Assembly (NCBI GenBank): GCA_003225335.1
Contig: QHZE01000454.1
Location: forward strand, 1-57,190
Origin: Acidobacteriota bacterium
Lineage (GTDB): Bacteria; Acidobacteriota; UBA6911
Direction of reading: 5' to 3'
Length of the DNA stretch: 57,190 nucleotides
The position numbers were made by a program, and so were the translations under genes. Under the pieces are notes generated by a model, which made no database searches, was not told the DNA's origin, and saw nothing but the letters and a program-made list of their open reading frames with translations. Below, piece after piece: positions 30,039 through 38,464 of this stretch; position 1 is the first letter of the stretch, and every line of letters starts with the position of its first letter.

Positions 30039-30824
30039 CTAGTGAGTCAACGCGTATACAACATAGTTCACGCCGTATTTATAGGCCTCGTTGGTTTCTT
30101 CGATGGGCATGAACGGATCGTTGGACCACTCCCAGTACTCGCTGATATCGTTGTTGTAATCGACCACCATCATGAGGCGCTGCTTGTCGTCGCTCATGCC
30201 CAGGTACTGGGGAATGAAGCTGCGAGCGTAAGGAGGTGGAGGCAACAGGTTCGAGATATCATAGAAACACTTGAATATCTCGTGCGTGCGGGGCAACTCC
30301 TCAAGGGAGTGCTCCGGAAACACCATCTTCAACTGCGCTTTGAAGTTTTCGATCTCGCGCTCCCCCCGGAAGTCGTCCACGATCAGAAAACCTCCGCGCA
30401 GGAGATACTCGCGCATGTTGTGCGCCTCTTTCTCGGACAGGTCCAGAAACCCTACCTCGCAGAGATACGCAATCGGATATTTGAAGACCTCGTCGTCGTC
30501 AAAGGAAACAATATGTCCTTCGCCGTTGACGTCGAGCTTGGTGACCTCCGCCAGGATCTTCATGAGGTGCTGGTGGGCCGCTGGATAATCGTGACTCCAC
30601 GGAGGACCCTGCCCGCCAAAAGCCCACCAGTTCAAGCTCGGAGTCGTGTACCGGATACGCGCCAGCGTAAACTTGTGTTTCACCAACGGCGCTTCATCCT
30701 GCGCCACGACTCTCAACGTGACGAGGGAGGCAGCTACCGCGCCTAGAACGAGGCTCCCGAGCAGCCAGAGCTTTCTTTGCCTGACGTTGCGATCTCCGAG
30801 TGTTCTGACGGTCCCTTCACTCAC
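30039..30824 (-). CDS. DUF4159 domain exported protein (paralog 2)
   Basis: Signal peptide, WSHDYP, FKYPIAY..EVG, YLLRGGFLIVDDF, HEIF, NNDISEYWEW, GVNYVVYALTH. GTGA overlap with the upstream stop. Confidence 0.85.
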   Translation of the reverse strand: MSEGTVRTLGDRNVRQRKLWLLGSLVLGAVAASLVTLRVVAQDEAPLVKHKFTLARIRYTTPSLNWWAFGGQGPPWSHDYPAAHQHLMKILAEVTKLDVNGEGHIVSFDDDEVFKYPIAYLCEVGFLDLSEKEAHNMREYLLRGGFLIVDDFRGEREIENFKAQLKMVFPEHSLEELPRTHEIFKCFYDISNLLPPPPYARSFIPQYLGMSDDKQRLMMVVDYNNDISEYWEWSNDPFMPIEETNEAYKYGVNYVVYALTH

Positions 30825-33454
30825 GGTTCACTCCCGGTGAGTTTCAAAAGAAGCTGCTGTGCTTTCTCGAAAGTCGGGGCGATTTCCAGTGCCCGAAGAG
30901 TCTCCTTCTTCGCCTCCTGCTTGCGGCCGGACTCCGACCACGCTCGCGCGAGGTTGAAGTGGGCTCCGGCGAGATCGGCCGGATTCAGCCCGACAAGAAC
31001 TTTATAGGCCGCGACCGCCGTCGCCCAATCGCGGGACTCCATGGCGGCTTCCCCCAGCATTGTATGCGCTGCCGGATCGTAGGGATGGATGTAGACGGAG
31101 AGCTGCAGCATCCGGGCCTCATTTTCCCAATCCTTACGTTCCCTGTAGATTTCCGCGGCGCGCATCAAAGGAGCCAGCGCGTTTTCGTCGTAACGGGACC
31201 AGCCGAGAAGTTGGGTGAGCGCCTCATCCGGCCGCTTTTCTTCCAAGTAGATATCAGCCAACACCTGGTACGGGTTCCCGGGTTCGACATATTCCGGAAA
31301 CAGCGCCTGCGCTTTCTTTAAATAGACCTCTGCCGCGCCGTTGGCTTTCTCTTTCTTTAAGATACCTCCCAGCTGCAGATTGGCGAAGAAGTCGTCCGGG
31401 TTCCGTTCCAGGACCCCCTTCAGAGCCTCCTTGGTCCGGCTCGACTCGTCACCCTCGGCGTGCCGCTGAAAATCCAGGTGGGGGGCAACTTCGCGAAGAC
31501 GCGCATCGACGTACCGGGCATATTCGGCATCCAAAGTCGCCGCATCCCAACCAAGAGAACGCCGGAAAACCTCGACCGTGGGGAGGCCCTCGGCAAACAA
31601 CAGCAGAGATTCTCGAATTTTGGCAAATCCGAATTTTTCCTCGATCAGCTCGCACACCAGCGAAGCCTGGTAATAGGAGAGCGCGACCTGCTCGGGAAAT
31701 TTCGGACGCATCATGCCGGAGTTCAGCTCGCTTACTTTGAGGACCTTTCCTTCCTTGTATGCTTTGACGAACGGCGCGTTCAGGTCGTCCCCCCAACCCG
31801 GTCGCGCCCGCCTTTCTTCGTACACTGAGATACCTTCCGAGAACCAGCGCGGAATGTTATGGCGAGTCATCTGGAGCGTAATCACGTGGGCAAACTCGTG
31901 CCACAGTGTCGATCCCCAGTTGAAAGAGCCGGGTTTCCGCGCGCGTGGGGAGTCGAGAGCTATCACCTTGCCGAAGCAGACGCCCAGCGCGCCCAGCCCC
32001 GGGAGGCCGAGTGTCCGAACCGCAAAACCGCCATGATCGGGGAAAATCTCCACCTGCAGGGGCCCCACGGGCTTGAAGCCGTATTTCTGGCTTAATTTCG
32101 CGAACACTTCTTCAGCGAGCTTCGGCGCATATACGGAGAGGACCGGCTCATCTTCTTTCGCCAGACGCAACAGAAAATGCTCGCTGCGCACCTCGACGAA
32201 CTTGTCCATCTGGTCCAGCAGATCCAGCGTATTGAAGGCCCAGACGTTGTACGGGTCCCCTTCGAATGCCTTCTGAACCGCCCGCCGGCCCTCGCTCAGT
32301 TCGCCGACGCGCATGAGATTCATCCCCAGGCTGGCCCAGGCGGCCCAGAGCTTGGGGTCCAGATTCAGCGCCTTGCGGTTGAACTCGATGGCCTCTGCGT
32401 ATTTTCGCCGATTGGCCAGATTCTCGGCGATGGTGAAGTAGAGCCGGCCGAAGGATGGATGAATCTCCAGGACCCTGCGCTCCGCCTGCGTGAACGCCGC
32501 CTGGTCCCCTCGAAATTGGTGATAAACGGCCTCCAGGCTGAGCGCTTCCAGGTCGGAGGGATTCACGGCCAACGCGCGGCGCACCTCGCGGATCGCCTCC
32601 TCGTAATTTTCCTCCTGGATGCGGAGTTCCGCCATCAGGTTGATCGCGGGGACCAGGTTGGGATTGACTTCAAGCGCCTTCCGCGCGTTTGCTTCCACTT
32701 CGTTGTTGTTTTCATATTTCTTCGCCAGCGCGATGCCCAGGAGGGCGTCGGCGTAGCGCGGGTTTGTCTTGAGGCAATCGCGGAACACTCCCAGCGCGTC
32801 GGTAGCGTTGTACTTCTCCAGAAAGAGGTAGCCGAAGCTCGCCAGCGCCTCGACCGAAACGTTCTTGCCGCTGGTCGCGTCCAGGAATATGTCTTTGGCG
32901 TCCTGCGCCCATCCCAACTGCCACGCCGCCACGGCCACATTTCCCAGGTCCTGGCTGCCGCCGACGGCGCCCTTCCGATACTCCTCGACGGTCCGCTGCC
33001 AGAGTCCTTCCGCTTCGCTCCGCCGCCCGGTCTCTTCCAACAGGAATCCAAGTTCGCGCACGGAGTCCAGGCGCGCGGGCCCGCCAAGCTGTGTCGCGCG
33101 GCGCAGGTGTTGCTCGGCTCCGCCGAGGTCTCCGGCGGCCTTGAACGAGCGTCCCATCTCCAGTTGCAGCTTGGCGGAATTTTCACGGGCCTTGAGGAAC
33201 TCGATCCCCCTCTTCAGCGCTTCCCGGTATTGTCCGGTTTCGCGCAGAACCTGCAAGAGGCCGGCCTGGTTTGCTTCGTCCTCCGCTCTGGATTTGAGCG
33301 CGTCCTCGAAGTGCGCTCGCGCCTTATCGTAATCGCCGGAACGCAACGCTTCGGCGCCCCTGGAGTTACTCTGCGCCCCGCCGGGACGCGTGGCAGAGCA
33401 GCACCCCAGAACGAAGAACAGCCCAAAGCCACACGCTGCAATTCTCGTCCCCAT
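30821..33454 (-). CDS. TPR-repeat protein with central gluzincin (peptidase MA-like) domain, possible lipoprotein
   Basis: Many TPR-like helices; LWHEFAHV..PRWFSEGISVYEE (HExxH plus E); N-terminal FFVLGC. Confidence 0.85.
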   Translation of the reverse strand: MGTRIAACGFGLFFVLGCCSATRPGGAQSNSRGAEALRSGDYDKARAHFEDALKSRAEDEANQAGLLQVLRETGQYREALKRGIEFLKARENSAKLQLEMGRSFKAAGDLGGAEQHLRRATQLGGPARLDSVRELGFLLEETGRRSEAEGLWQRTVEEYRKGAVGGSQDLGNVAVAAWQLGWAQDAKDIFLDATSGKNVSVEALASFGYLFLEKYNATDALGVFRDCLKTNPRYADALLGIALAKKYENNNEVEANARKALEVNPNLVPAINLMAELRIQEENYEEAIREVRRALAVNPSDLEALSLEAVYHQFRGDQAAFTQAERRVLEIHPSFGRLYFTIAENLANRRKYAEAIEFNRKALNLDPKLWAAWASLGMNLMRVGELSEGRRAVQKAFEGDPYNVWAFNTLDLLDQMDKFVEVRSEHFLLRLAKEDEPVLSVYAPKLAEEVFAKLSQKYGFKPVGPLQVEIFPDHGGFAVRTLGLPGLGALGVCFGKVIALDSPRARKPGSFNWGSTLWHEFAHVITLQMTRHNIPRWFSEGISVYEERRARPGWGDDLNAPFVKAYKEGKVLKVSELNSGMMRPKFPEQVALSYYQASLVCELIEEKFGFAKIRESLLLFAEGLPTVEVFRRSLGWDAATLDAEYARYVDARLREVAPHLDFQRHAEGDESSRTKEALKGVLERNPDDFFANLQLGGILKKEKANGAAEVYLKKAQALFPEYVEPGNPYQVLADIYLEEKRPDEALTQLLGWSRYDENALAPLMRAAEIYRERKDWENEARMLQLSVYIHPYDPAAHTMLGEAAMESRDWATAVAAYKVLVGLNPADLAGAHFNLARAWSESGRKQEAKKETLRALEIAPTFEKAQQLLLKLTGSEP

Positions 33455-33477
33455 GGAGAATTCTTTCGACCAAAATC

Positions 33478-33560
33478 CTCTTCGCGTCTTCGCGTCTTTG
33501 TGGTGAAGGCGGAGTGCCCTTTCACCACAAAGACGCGAAGACGCAAAGAATCGCAAAGAA
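33478..33560. repeat. TTCGCGTCTT / AAGACGCGAA hairpin
   Basis: ttcgcgtcttcgcgtctttgtggtgaa ... ttcaccacaaagacgcgaagacgcaaagaa. Confidence 0.9.
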
Positions 33561-33571
33561 CTTTCTGCCTT

Positions 33572-34750
33572 TCATTTGTTCTTACGCAATTTTGCGTTGA
33601 TAGTTGCCAGGCGAACCAGAAGTCCCTCCAGTTTCTTCTCGTACTCGGCTTCGGGCATTTCGGACCTGGCATACTTCAAGGCTTCAATCTGCCTTTCAAC
33701 TGTTTGCATTTCTGCTAATAGAGCCTCTTCCTCCGGGGTGCCCTTTCCCCGGGCCCACGCTGGAACCCCCGTGTCCAGGTAGGTAGTCCGCGCCAGGAAT
33801 CCTTCGCCGTTCTCCGGGCCGGGATCACTTTGCCCCTTTCCGTCGCCATCGTCATCCAGGACTGGATGCTCCGTCTTCAGAAGGCCCTGAGTGGAGTAAT
33901 ACTCTTCCACCTTGTGAGCGGCGTAATTGAAGGCTTCGAGGACGGAAACACGGCCGTTCTTGTCCGAATCCGCATTTCCGTTCTTGAAGGCTTCGACAAA
34001 AAACCTTCCCATCTGAGTCTGGTTCTTTTCCATACCGCTCTTGGTAGCCGAGACCACGATCTTCCCCTTCTGCGAGAGCGCGGGAACACTGGCTCCGCTG
34101 CAAGTAGTCATGTTGGCCACGACAAATCGCGCGGCGGGTATCGAATACAATATGGAGGCCAGTTCCTCGGCGGTCGGATCCGGGCCGGGAAGATTTAACT
34201 TGTAAGTCTTCGCGTCAAAGTTGCCATGGCCGGCAATGAAGACGAAAACCAGATCGTCCTTTCCCACGCGGGATGCGATCTCACGGCAAACCTTTTCCAG
34301 GTTCTCCCGCGTGGATTTGTAGGAAATCAGGCCGGGGTCTTTGGAGGGGTCGTCGAACAGGACAAAAACGTGGCCGCGATCAAACTGCATGGGCCCCGCA
34401 AGGGCAGCGTGAAGATCGCGAATCCACTTCAAGAACTCCTCCTGCAGCTCCGGGTCGCCGCTGATCCCGGAAATTAAGATGGCCCAGCGCCCCTGCCCGG
34501 AATCGCTCGCGAGGGAAAACGGCGGCATCATTAAGAAGAGAGCGAGCACAGCCACACCCCACAGACGGAAGGCGAGGGGCAGAGGGGCGGAGGGACAGAG
34601 GGGCAAAGGGGCAGAGGGGCAGAGGAGCCGAGGGGCAGGGGGGCCGAGGGGCAGAGGGACAGAGGGCAAAAAGCTTCGTGAATGAAGGCCGTCGCAAGCC
34701 CTTCCCTTTGCCCCTCGACCCCTTGACCCCTTTGCCCCTAGTTTACTCAT
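33572..34750 (-). CDS. Exported caspase/legumain-fold (C13/C14-like) cysteine peptidase
   Basis: WAILISG, VFIAGHG (His), NMTTCSG (Cys), VVSAT, EF-hand-like DSDKNGRVSVLE, EHPVLDDDGDG. ATG 34750 overlaps the upstream TGA (ATGA). Confidence 0.75.
   Translation of the reverse strand: MSKLGAKGSRGRGAKGRACDGLHSRSFLPSVPLPLGPPAPRLLCPSAPLPLCPSAPLPLAFRLWGVAVLALFLMMPPFSLASDSGQGRWAILISGISGDPELQEEFLKWIRDLHAALAGPMQFDRGHVFVLFDDPSKDPGLISYKSTRENLEKVCREIASRVGKDDLVFVFIAGHGNFDAKTYKLNLPGPDPTAEELASILYSIPAARFVVANMTTCSGASVPALSQKGKIVVSATKSGMEKNQTQMGRFFVEAFKNGNADSDKNGRVSVLEAFNYAAHKVEEYYSTQGLLKTEHPVLDDDGDGKGQSDPGPENGEGFLARTTYLDTGVPAWARGKGTPEEEALLAEMQTVERQIEALKYARSEMPEAEYEKKLEGLLVRLATINAKLRKNK
34574..34740. repeat. AGGGGC(A) / TGCCCCT heptamer hairpin within the 5' end of the peptidase ORF
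   Basis: About 13 purine-rich units, then loop aaaagcttcgtgaatgaa, then ccctttgcccctcgaccccttgacccctttgcccct. Confidence 0.9.
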
Positions 34751-37047
34751 GCCAGACCCTTGCGTTTTCGCAGCACCCACTCGGCCGAGATCGATCCGAC
34801 CAGAAGCAGGTACAACAGCGGCATATCCCACAGGTCCTTTTCTTCGATCCTTGACGAGCCGTTGTCCACATAGGAAATATCTTCGGGCAACGTGCGGACA
34901 TCGCGCGGCGAGTAGTAATGGCCGCCCGTTTCTTCGGCCAACCGTTTGAGCAACCCGACATTGAGGGCCGCGTTGTGAAACTCAGCCGTAGACTCCGCTA
35001 TCCTGAAATTCGCTTTTGCTTTTCCGAGGCTTTTGGCGCCCTGGAGAGCTTCAACCGACACTTCGTGGATCCCCTCTTCCCTGGGACGGAAGATAGCCGA
35101 GTAATAGCCTTCCCGGCTTACGTCCCAGTTCAGCGGCAAGCTGACGGTCTCGCCCGAAGGGGATTTTACGTCTGCCTTCACGCGGGCGTTGTTTTGATGA
35201 ACGAAAGTATTGTCGGTTACTTCGGCGGTCAGAACCACCGCTTCTTCGAGCGAATAGGAATGCTTTTCTGTCTCGATGGTCACGGGATCCGGAGCGTCGC
35301 TCACGAGCCAGCGCAGCATCTGTTTCCAGAAGACTTCGTGCGTGGTGTTGCGGCTGTCGACCTGCATGCGCCAGTTCCACGTGGCCCCCGTGGTAAGAGC
35401 CATGGCCTTCCCGCGGCCGAAACGCTGGAAAGCCAGCAGAACCGGATTCTGTCCCCGTGCTCCGGAGAGTGCGACCTGAGCGAGCACGGTGGCCCCGGGT
35501 TTGGCTCCGGACGTGGGATTCAGGCCCACAAGGGGAGGCAGTGTTTCCCAACGCTTGCGGTTCTCATCCTCCGTAAGGGCAAGGCGCATCACCGGATGCA
35601 GGGCGCCGTAGCTGGTCAGGCGCAGCTTGTACTCCACATCCTCGTAAGGAGGGATGGAGGAATTCCCCTGACCGAAGCGGATGTTCACGGGAAGGACGTC
35701 CTCGAGCGGAGTATTGACATACCCTCCCTGTGCGAAAGAATTCTTTCCGCCGAGCATCAGAAGCCCGCCGCCGCGCTGGCTTACGAAATCGGAGATCATG
35801 CGGAGCTGGTCGAAGGTGAAGAACGTGGCCTCCACGCTGCCCAGTATCAGGCCCTTGAACGTGTAAAGCTCCCCCTTATCGGTCGGAAAGCCTTTTTCCA
35901 GCGTGGAAGTGCTGTTTTCGTCCAGACCCTGACGATAGAACTTGCCGTGCGCCTGACGCAGCAGCGTGAGCAGCCGCAGGTTCTTGTCCTCCTGGACCGC
36001 GCGCCGCAGGAACGCGTAAATCCAGCGAGGTTCGCCTTCGCAGTAGAGAATGCGCGGTTGCTCGTCCTCGACGCGAATCAGTACGTCCTGGTCGTTATTC
36101 TCGGCAATCACTTCGTCCTGAAAGGGTTCGACCCTGAAGTTGAAAATCCTGGGTCCCGCCGTGTCGCTGCTGAAGTTGACTTTGTAGGTCTTTACCTCGC
36201 CGTTGCTTCCGAGGGTGATTTCCTGACTCTGGACCAGCCGGTCGCGCTCTTTAACGACAAGTTTGGCGCGGCGCCCCGCGTACCCGGTTGCCCGAATTGC
36301 AACATCCGCCTCTATCATCGCGTCCTTGAGCACCTTCTTGGGCATGCTGACGCGGGCAATCTCCATGTCGCGCGAGAAGTCCGGCGATCCTATCCCGACC
36401 GGGTATACCGGGATCCGCCGGGCGCGGAGCTGGGCGGCAATGCCGCTCAAATCCTTGGAGCGGTTGTCGGCGCCATCCGTGATCAGAATGATTCCTGAAA
36501 CTGGCACAGTCCCCAGTTCTGCGACGATCTGGCCCAGGGTCCGTTCCAGATTGGTTGCATTTCCATGACGCGCCACGTCCTCGAAGCCCGAGCTCTTGTC
36601 GGCGGAATTCGAGAACCGGAAGTGGCGAACCTTGAATTTCTTCCCAAGCTCCTCCAGCATCGGATTGCCGACCGGCCTGAGGAGATGTTTCTCAATTTCG
36701 ATGCGCGACTGGCCCTCGGCTCCGTCGCGAATCTCCATGCTCTTGGTTACATCGTAAGCGACCGCAACAAAGCTCTTTTGCGGGGTCACCGTGTACAGAA
36801 TCAGAACGGGCTGAAGGAAGATTACCAGAAGGACAAGCAAAGAAAGGCCGCGAAGACCTGCGAGCCCCACGCGCCAGGGGATGGGCACCACTGCCTTGGT
36901 CTTGTGATACAGAAGATACGCGCCAACCAGTGCGGATCCGGCGAGGATCCAGGTGACGTAAGAGGGCCAGGGCGGTTGAAACGCAAGCTTCCCCTTTTCG
37001 AAAAGAAGAGGCCGGTACTTGAAGAAAAACTCAAAAATCGTATCCAT
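34747..37047 (-). CDS. Membrane protein with VWA, beta-sandwich and GATase1-like domains
   Basis: Two N-terminal TMs, DVTKSM..ITDG (VWA), ENN, LMLGGKNSF (GATase-like, no Cys), FGRGK, FWKQMLRWL, LAEETGGHY and C-terminal LWD..AEWVLRKRKGLA. Confidence 0.82.
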   Translation of the reverse strand: MDTIFEFFFKYRPLLFEKGKLAFQPPWPSYVTWILAGSALVGAYLLYHKTKAVVPIPWRVGLAGLRGLSLLVLLVIFLQPVLILYTVTPQKSFVAVAYDVTKSMEIRDGAEGQSRIEIEKHLLRPVGNPMLEELGKKFKVRHFRFSNSADKSSGFEDVARHGNATNLERTLGQIVAELGTVPVSGIILITDGADNRSKDLSGIAAQLRARRIPVYPVGIGSPDFSRDMEIARVSMPKKVLKDAMIEADVAIRATGYAGRRAKLVVKERDRLVQSQEITLGSNGEVKTYKVNFSSDTAGPRIFNFRVEPFQDEVIAENNDQDVLIRVEDEQPRILYCEGEPRWIYAFLRRAVQEDKNLRLLTLLRQAHGKFYRQGLDENSTSTLEKGFPTDKGELYTFKGLILGSVEATFFTFDQLRMISDFVSQRGGGLLMLGGKNSFAQGGYVNTPLEDVLPVNIRFGQGNSSIPPYEDVEYKLRLTSYGALHPVMRLALTEDENRKRWETLPPLVGLNPTSGAKPGATVLAQVALSGARGQNPVLLAFQRFGRGKAMALTTGATWNWRMQVDSRNTTHEVFWKQMLRWLVSDAPDPVTIETEKHSYSLEEAVVLTAEVTDNTFVHQNNARVKADVKSPSGETVSLPLNWDVSREGYYSAIFRPREEGIHEVSVEALQGAKSLGKAKANFRIAESTAEFHNAALNVGLLKRLAEETGGHYYSPRDVRTLPEDISYVDNGSSRIEEKDLWDMPLLYLLLVGSISAEWVLRKRKGLA

Positions 37048-37073
37048 CGAACAATGGAAGATCTCTTTGTTCC

Positions 37074-37089
37074 GTAGGGGCGCCCCTAC
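37074..37089. repeat. Perfect 16-bp palindrome GTAGGGGCGCCCCTAC
   Basis: Equals the two outer ends of the REP-like element at 50824-50902 joined with no interior. Confidence 0.85.
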
Positions 37090-37106
37090 GTCACGTCAAT
37101 TTTTTC

Positions 37107-37901
37107 TCAGTGACTCATGGCATAGACGATGGCATTGATCCCCATCTGGTAGGCATACGTGGAATACTTCGCAGGATATCCGGGAAGATCGGCCCATTCC
37201 CAGGCGTCTCCCAGGTCGGTATTCCAGTTAATAATTACCATAAGCCGGCCGTTCTCATTAAAAATACCGCGACAATGGGGGACGTAGCCGTCCTGTTCGT
37301 AAGTTACGCGATTGTACAAGGCGTTGCCGACGTTAGGTACTTGGAGAATCTGGGGAATGTCGTAGTAGCAATGAAAGATTTCATGGGTCGTGGGAATCTC
37401 GACGATGTTGGTCCCCGGAAGGACACGCTCGATGGTTTCCCGAAACCACTCCCACTCGGCGCTGCCCCAGAAATCGTCGCAGAAGAAAAAACCGCCGCGC
37501 TGCAAGTACTCCCTGAGTGCGCGCACCTCTTCCTCGGTCAGGTTCATATGCGCCGCCTCGACCGCATAAATGAAAGGATAGCGGAATATCTCAGGATCGG
37601 TAAGTGGGATGGTCTTCCCTTCGTCGGCGATTCGGATATTGGTCAGCCGCTGGACGCCAAGGATGAACTGGCGGTCGGCCTTGGGCCAGTCCGTGTACCA
37701 GCCCTTGTAGTATCCCCAGGGACCTCTTCCCGTGTAAACGGTCCGAACGAAAGTAAACTCCGGCTCGGCATTTTCGAGATTCTTGGGACTCTGCCTTTTC
37801 AGGAATCCTGGGACCTGAGCCAATACCGCTATGAGACCCAGCCCCGCGAACATTACGGAGCCGGCGATCCCGAGAATCCAGGGGCTTGCAAATCTCCTCA
37901 A
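37107..37901 (-). CDS. DUF4159 domain exported protein (paralog 1)
   Basis: Signal peptide, WYTDWPKAD, FRYPFIYAVE, YLQRGGFFFCDDFWG, HEIFH, NTDLGDAWEW, GINAIVYAMSH. TTG start. Confidence 0.85.
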   Translation of the reverse strand: MRRFASPWILGIAGSVMFAGLGLIAVLAQVPGFLKRQSPKNLENAEPEFTFVRTVYTGRGPWGYYKGWYTDWPKADRQFILGVQRLTNIRIADEGKTIPLTDPEIFRYPFIYAVEAAHMNLTEEEVRALREYLQRGGFFFCDDFWGSAEWEWFRETIERVLPGTNIVEIPTTHEIFHCYYDIPQILQVPNVGNALYNRVTYEQDGYVPHCRGIFNENGRLMVIINWNTDLGDAWEWADLPGYPAKYSTYAYQMGINAIVYAMSH

Positions 37902-38020
37902 TTTCAGATCAATCCCTCGCTTGAATTACTATCGCAAGGTTTCCGAAGATTATATCAAAGCGCCGTGCTTCAGCCCAAAGCGATTCCCCCGGCGGCAGCA
38001 TCGCTCCAGCGCAGTTTCTT

Positions 38021-38090
38021 TGCCACGAATTTCACGAATTACACGAAAAAGGGATAAACACAATTCGTGGAATTCGTGAGATTCGTGGCA
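38021..38090. repeat. CACGAATT / AATTCGTG hairpin
   Basis: tgccacgaatttcacgaattacacgaa ... aattcgtggaattcgtgagattcgtggca; same family at 39926-40008. Confidence 0.9.
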
Positions 38091-38359
38091 AGTCTTTCTG
38101 TCGTAGACTCTTCCTCCTGAGATTAACGGGTTATAGCGCAGCACGTGTTCGATTCGAGATGCAAAGACCCGTCCTACTACCCACATCGGTGTTGCCTTTC
38201 CGCCCTCCTAAGTTGCAGTTGGCTCCGACTGGGCTTTCTGGTAACGACCGGCCACGCTTTGGGATTTCCTTCACTGTTCTAATACGATGGATTCGAGCGG
38301 GTGTTCTACATTCTTCCTTGGGCCTTGCAACTGAGAATGAATCTCTCCCGTTAAAAGCT

Positions 38360-38464
38360 AAAGGGGCAACGGGGACAAAGGGGCAAAGGGGTAAACGGGA
38401 AAAGCTTCGTGATGAATGCGTCTCCTACCTTAATTAAGCTTTCCCTTTGCCCCTTTGTTCCTTC
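38360..38464. repeat. AAGGGGC / GCCCCTT heptamer hairpin
   Basis: Same family as 34574-34740; shares the loop sequence aaaagcttcgtga(a)tgaa. Confidence 0.85.

Noticed and set aside
21925-33556. N-terminal extensions in track ORFs 20971..22008, 28869..30020 and 30821..33556
   Set aside because: These read through repeats, but each gene has a better downstream ATG (21924, 29891, 33454) matching the family N-terminus, so they are not counted as in-frame insertions.
37950-38186. 78-aa ORF MWVVGRVF...
   Set aside because: Has an RBS-like aggaggg, but its second half is a translation of the CACGAATT repeat; not supported as a CDS.
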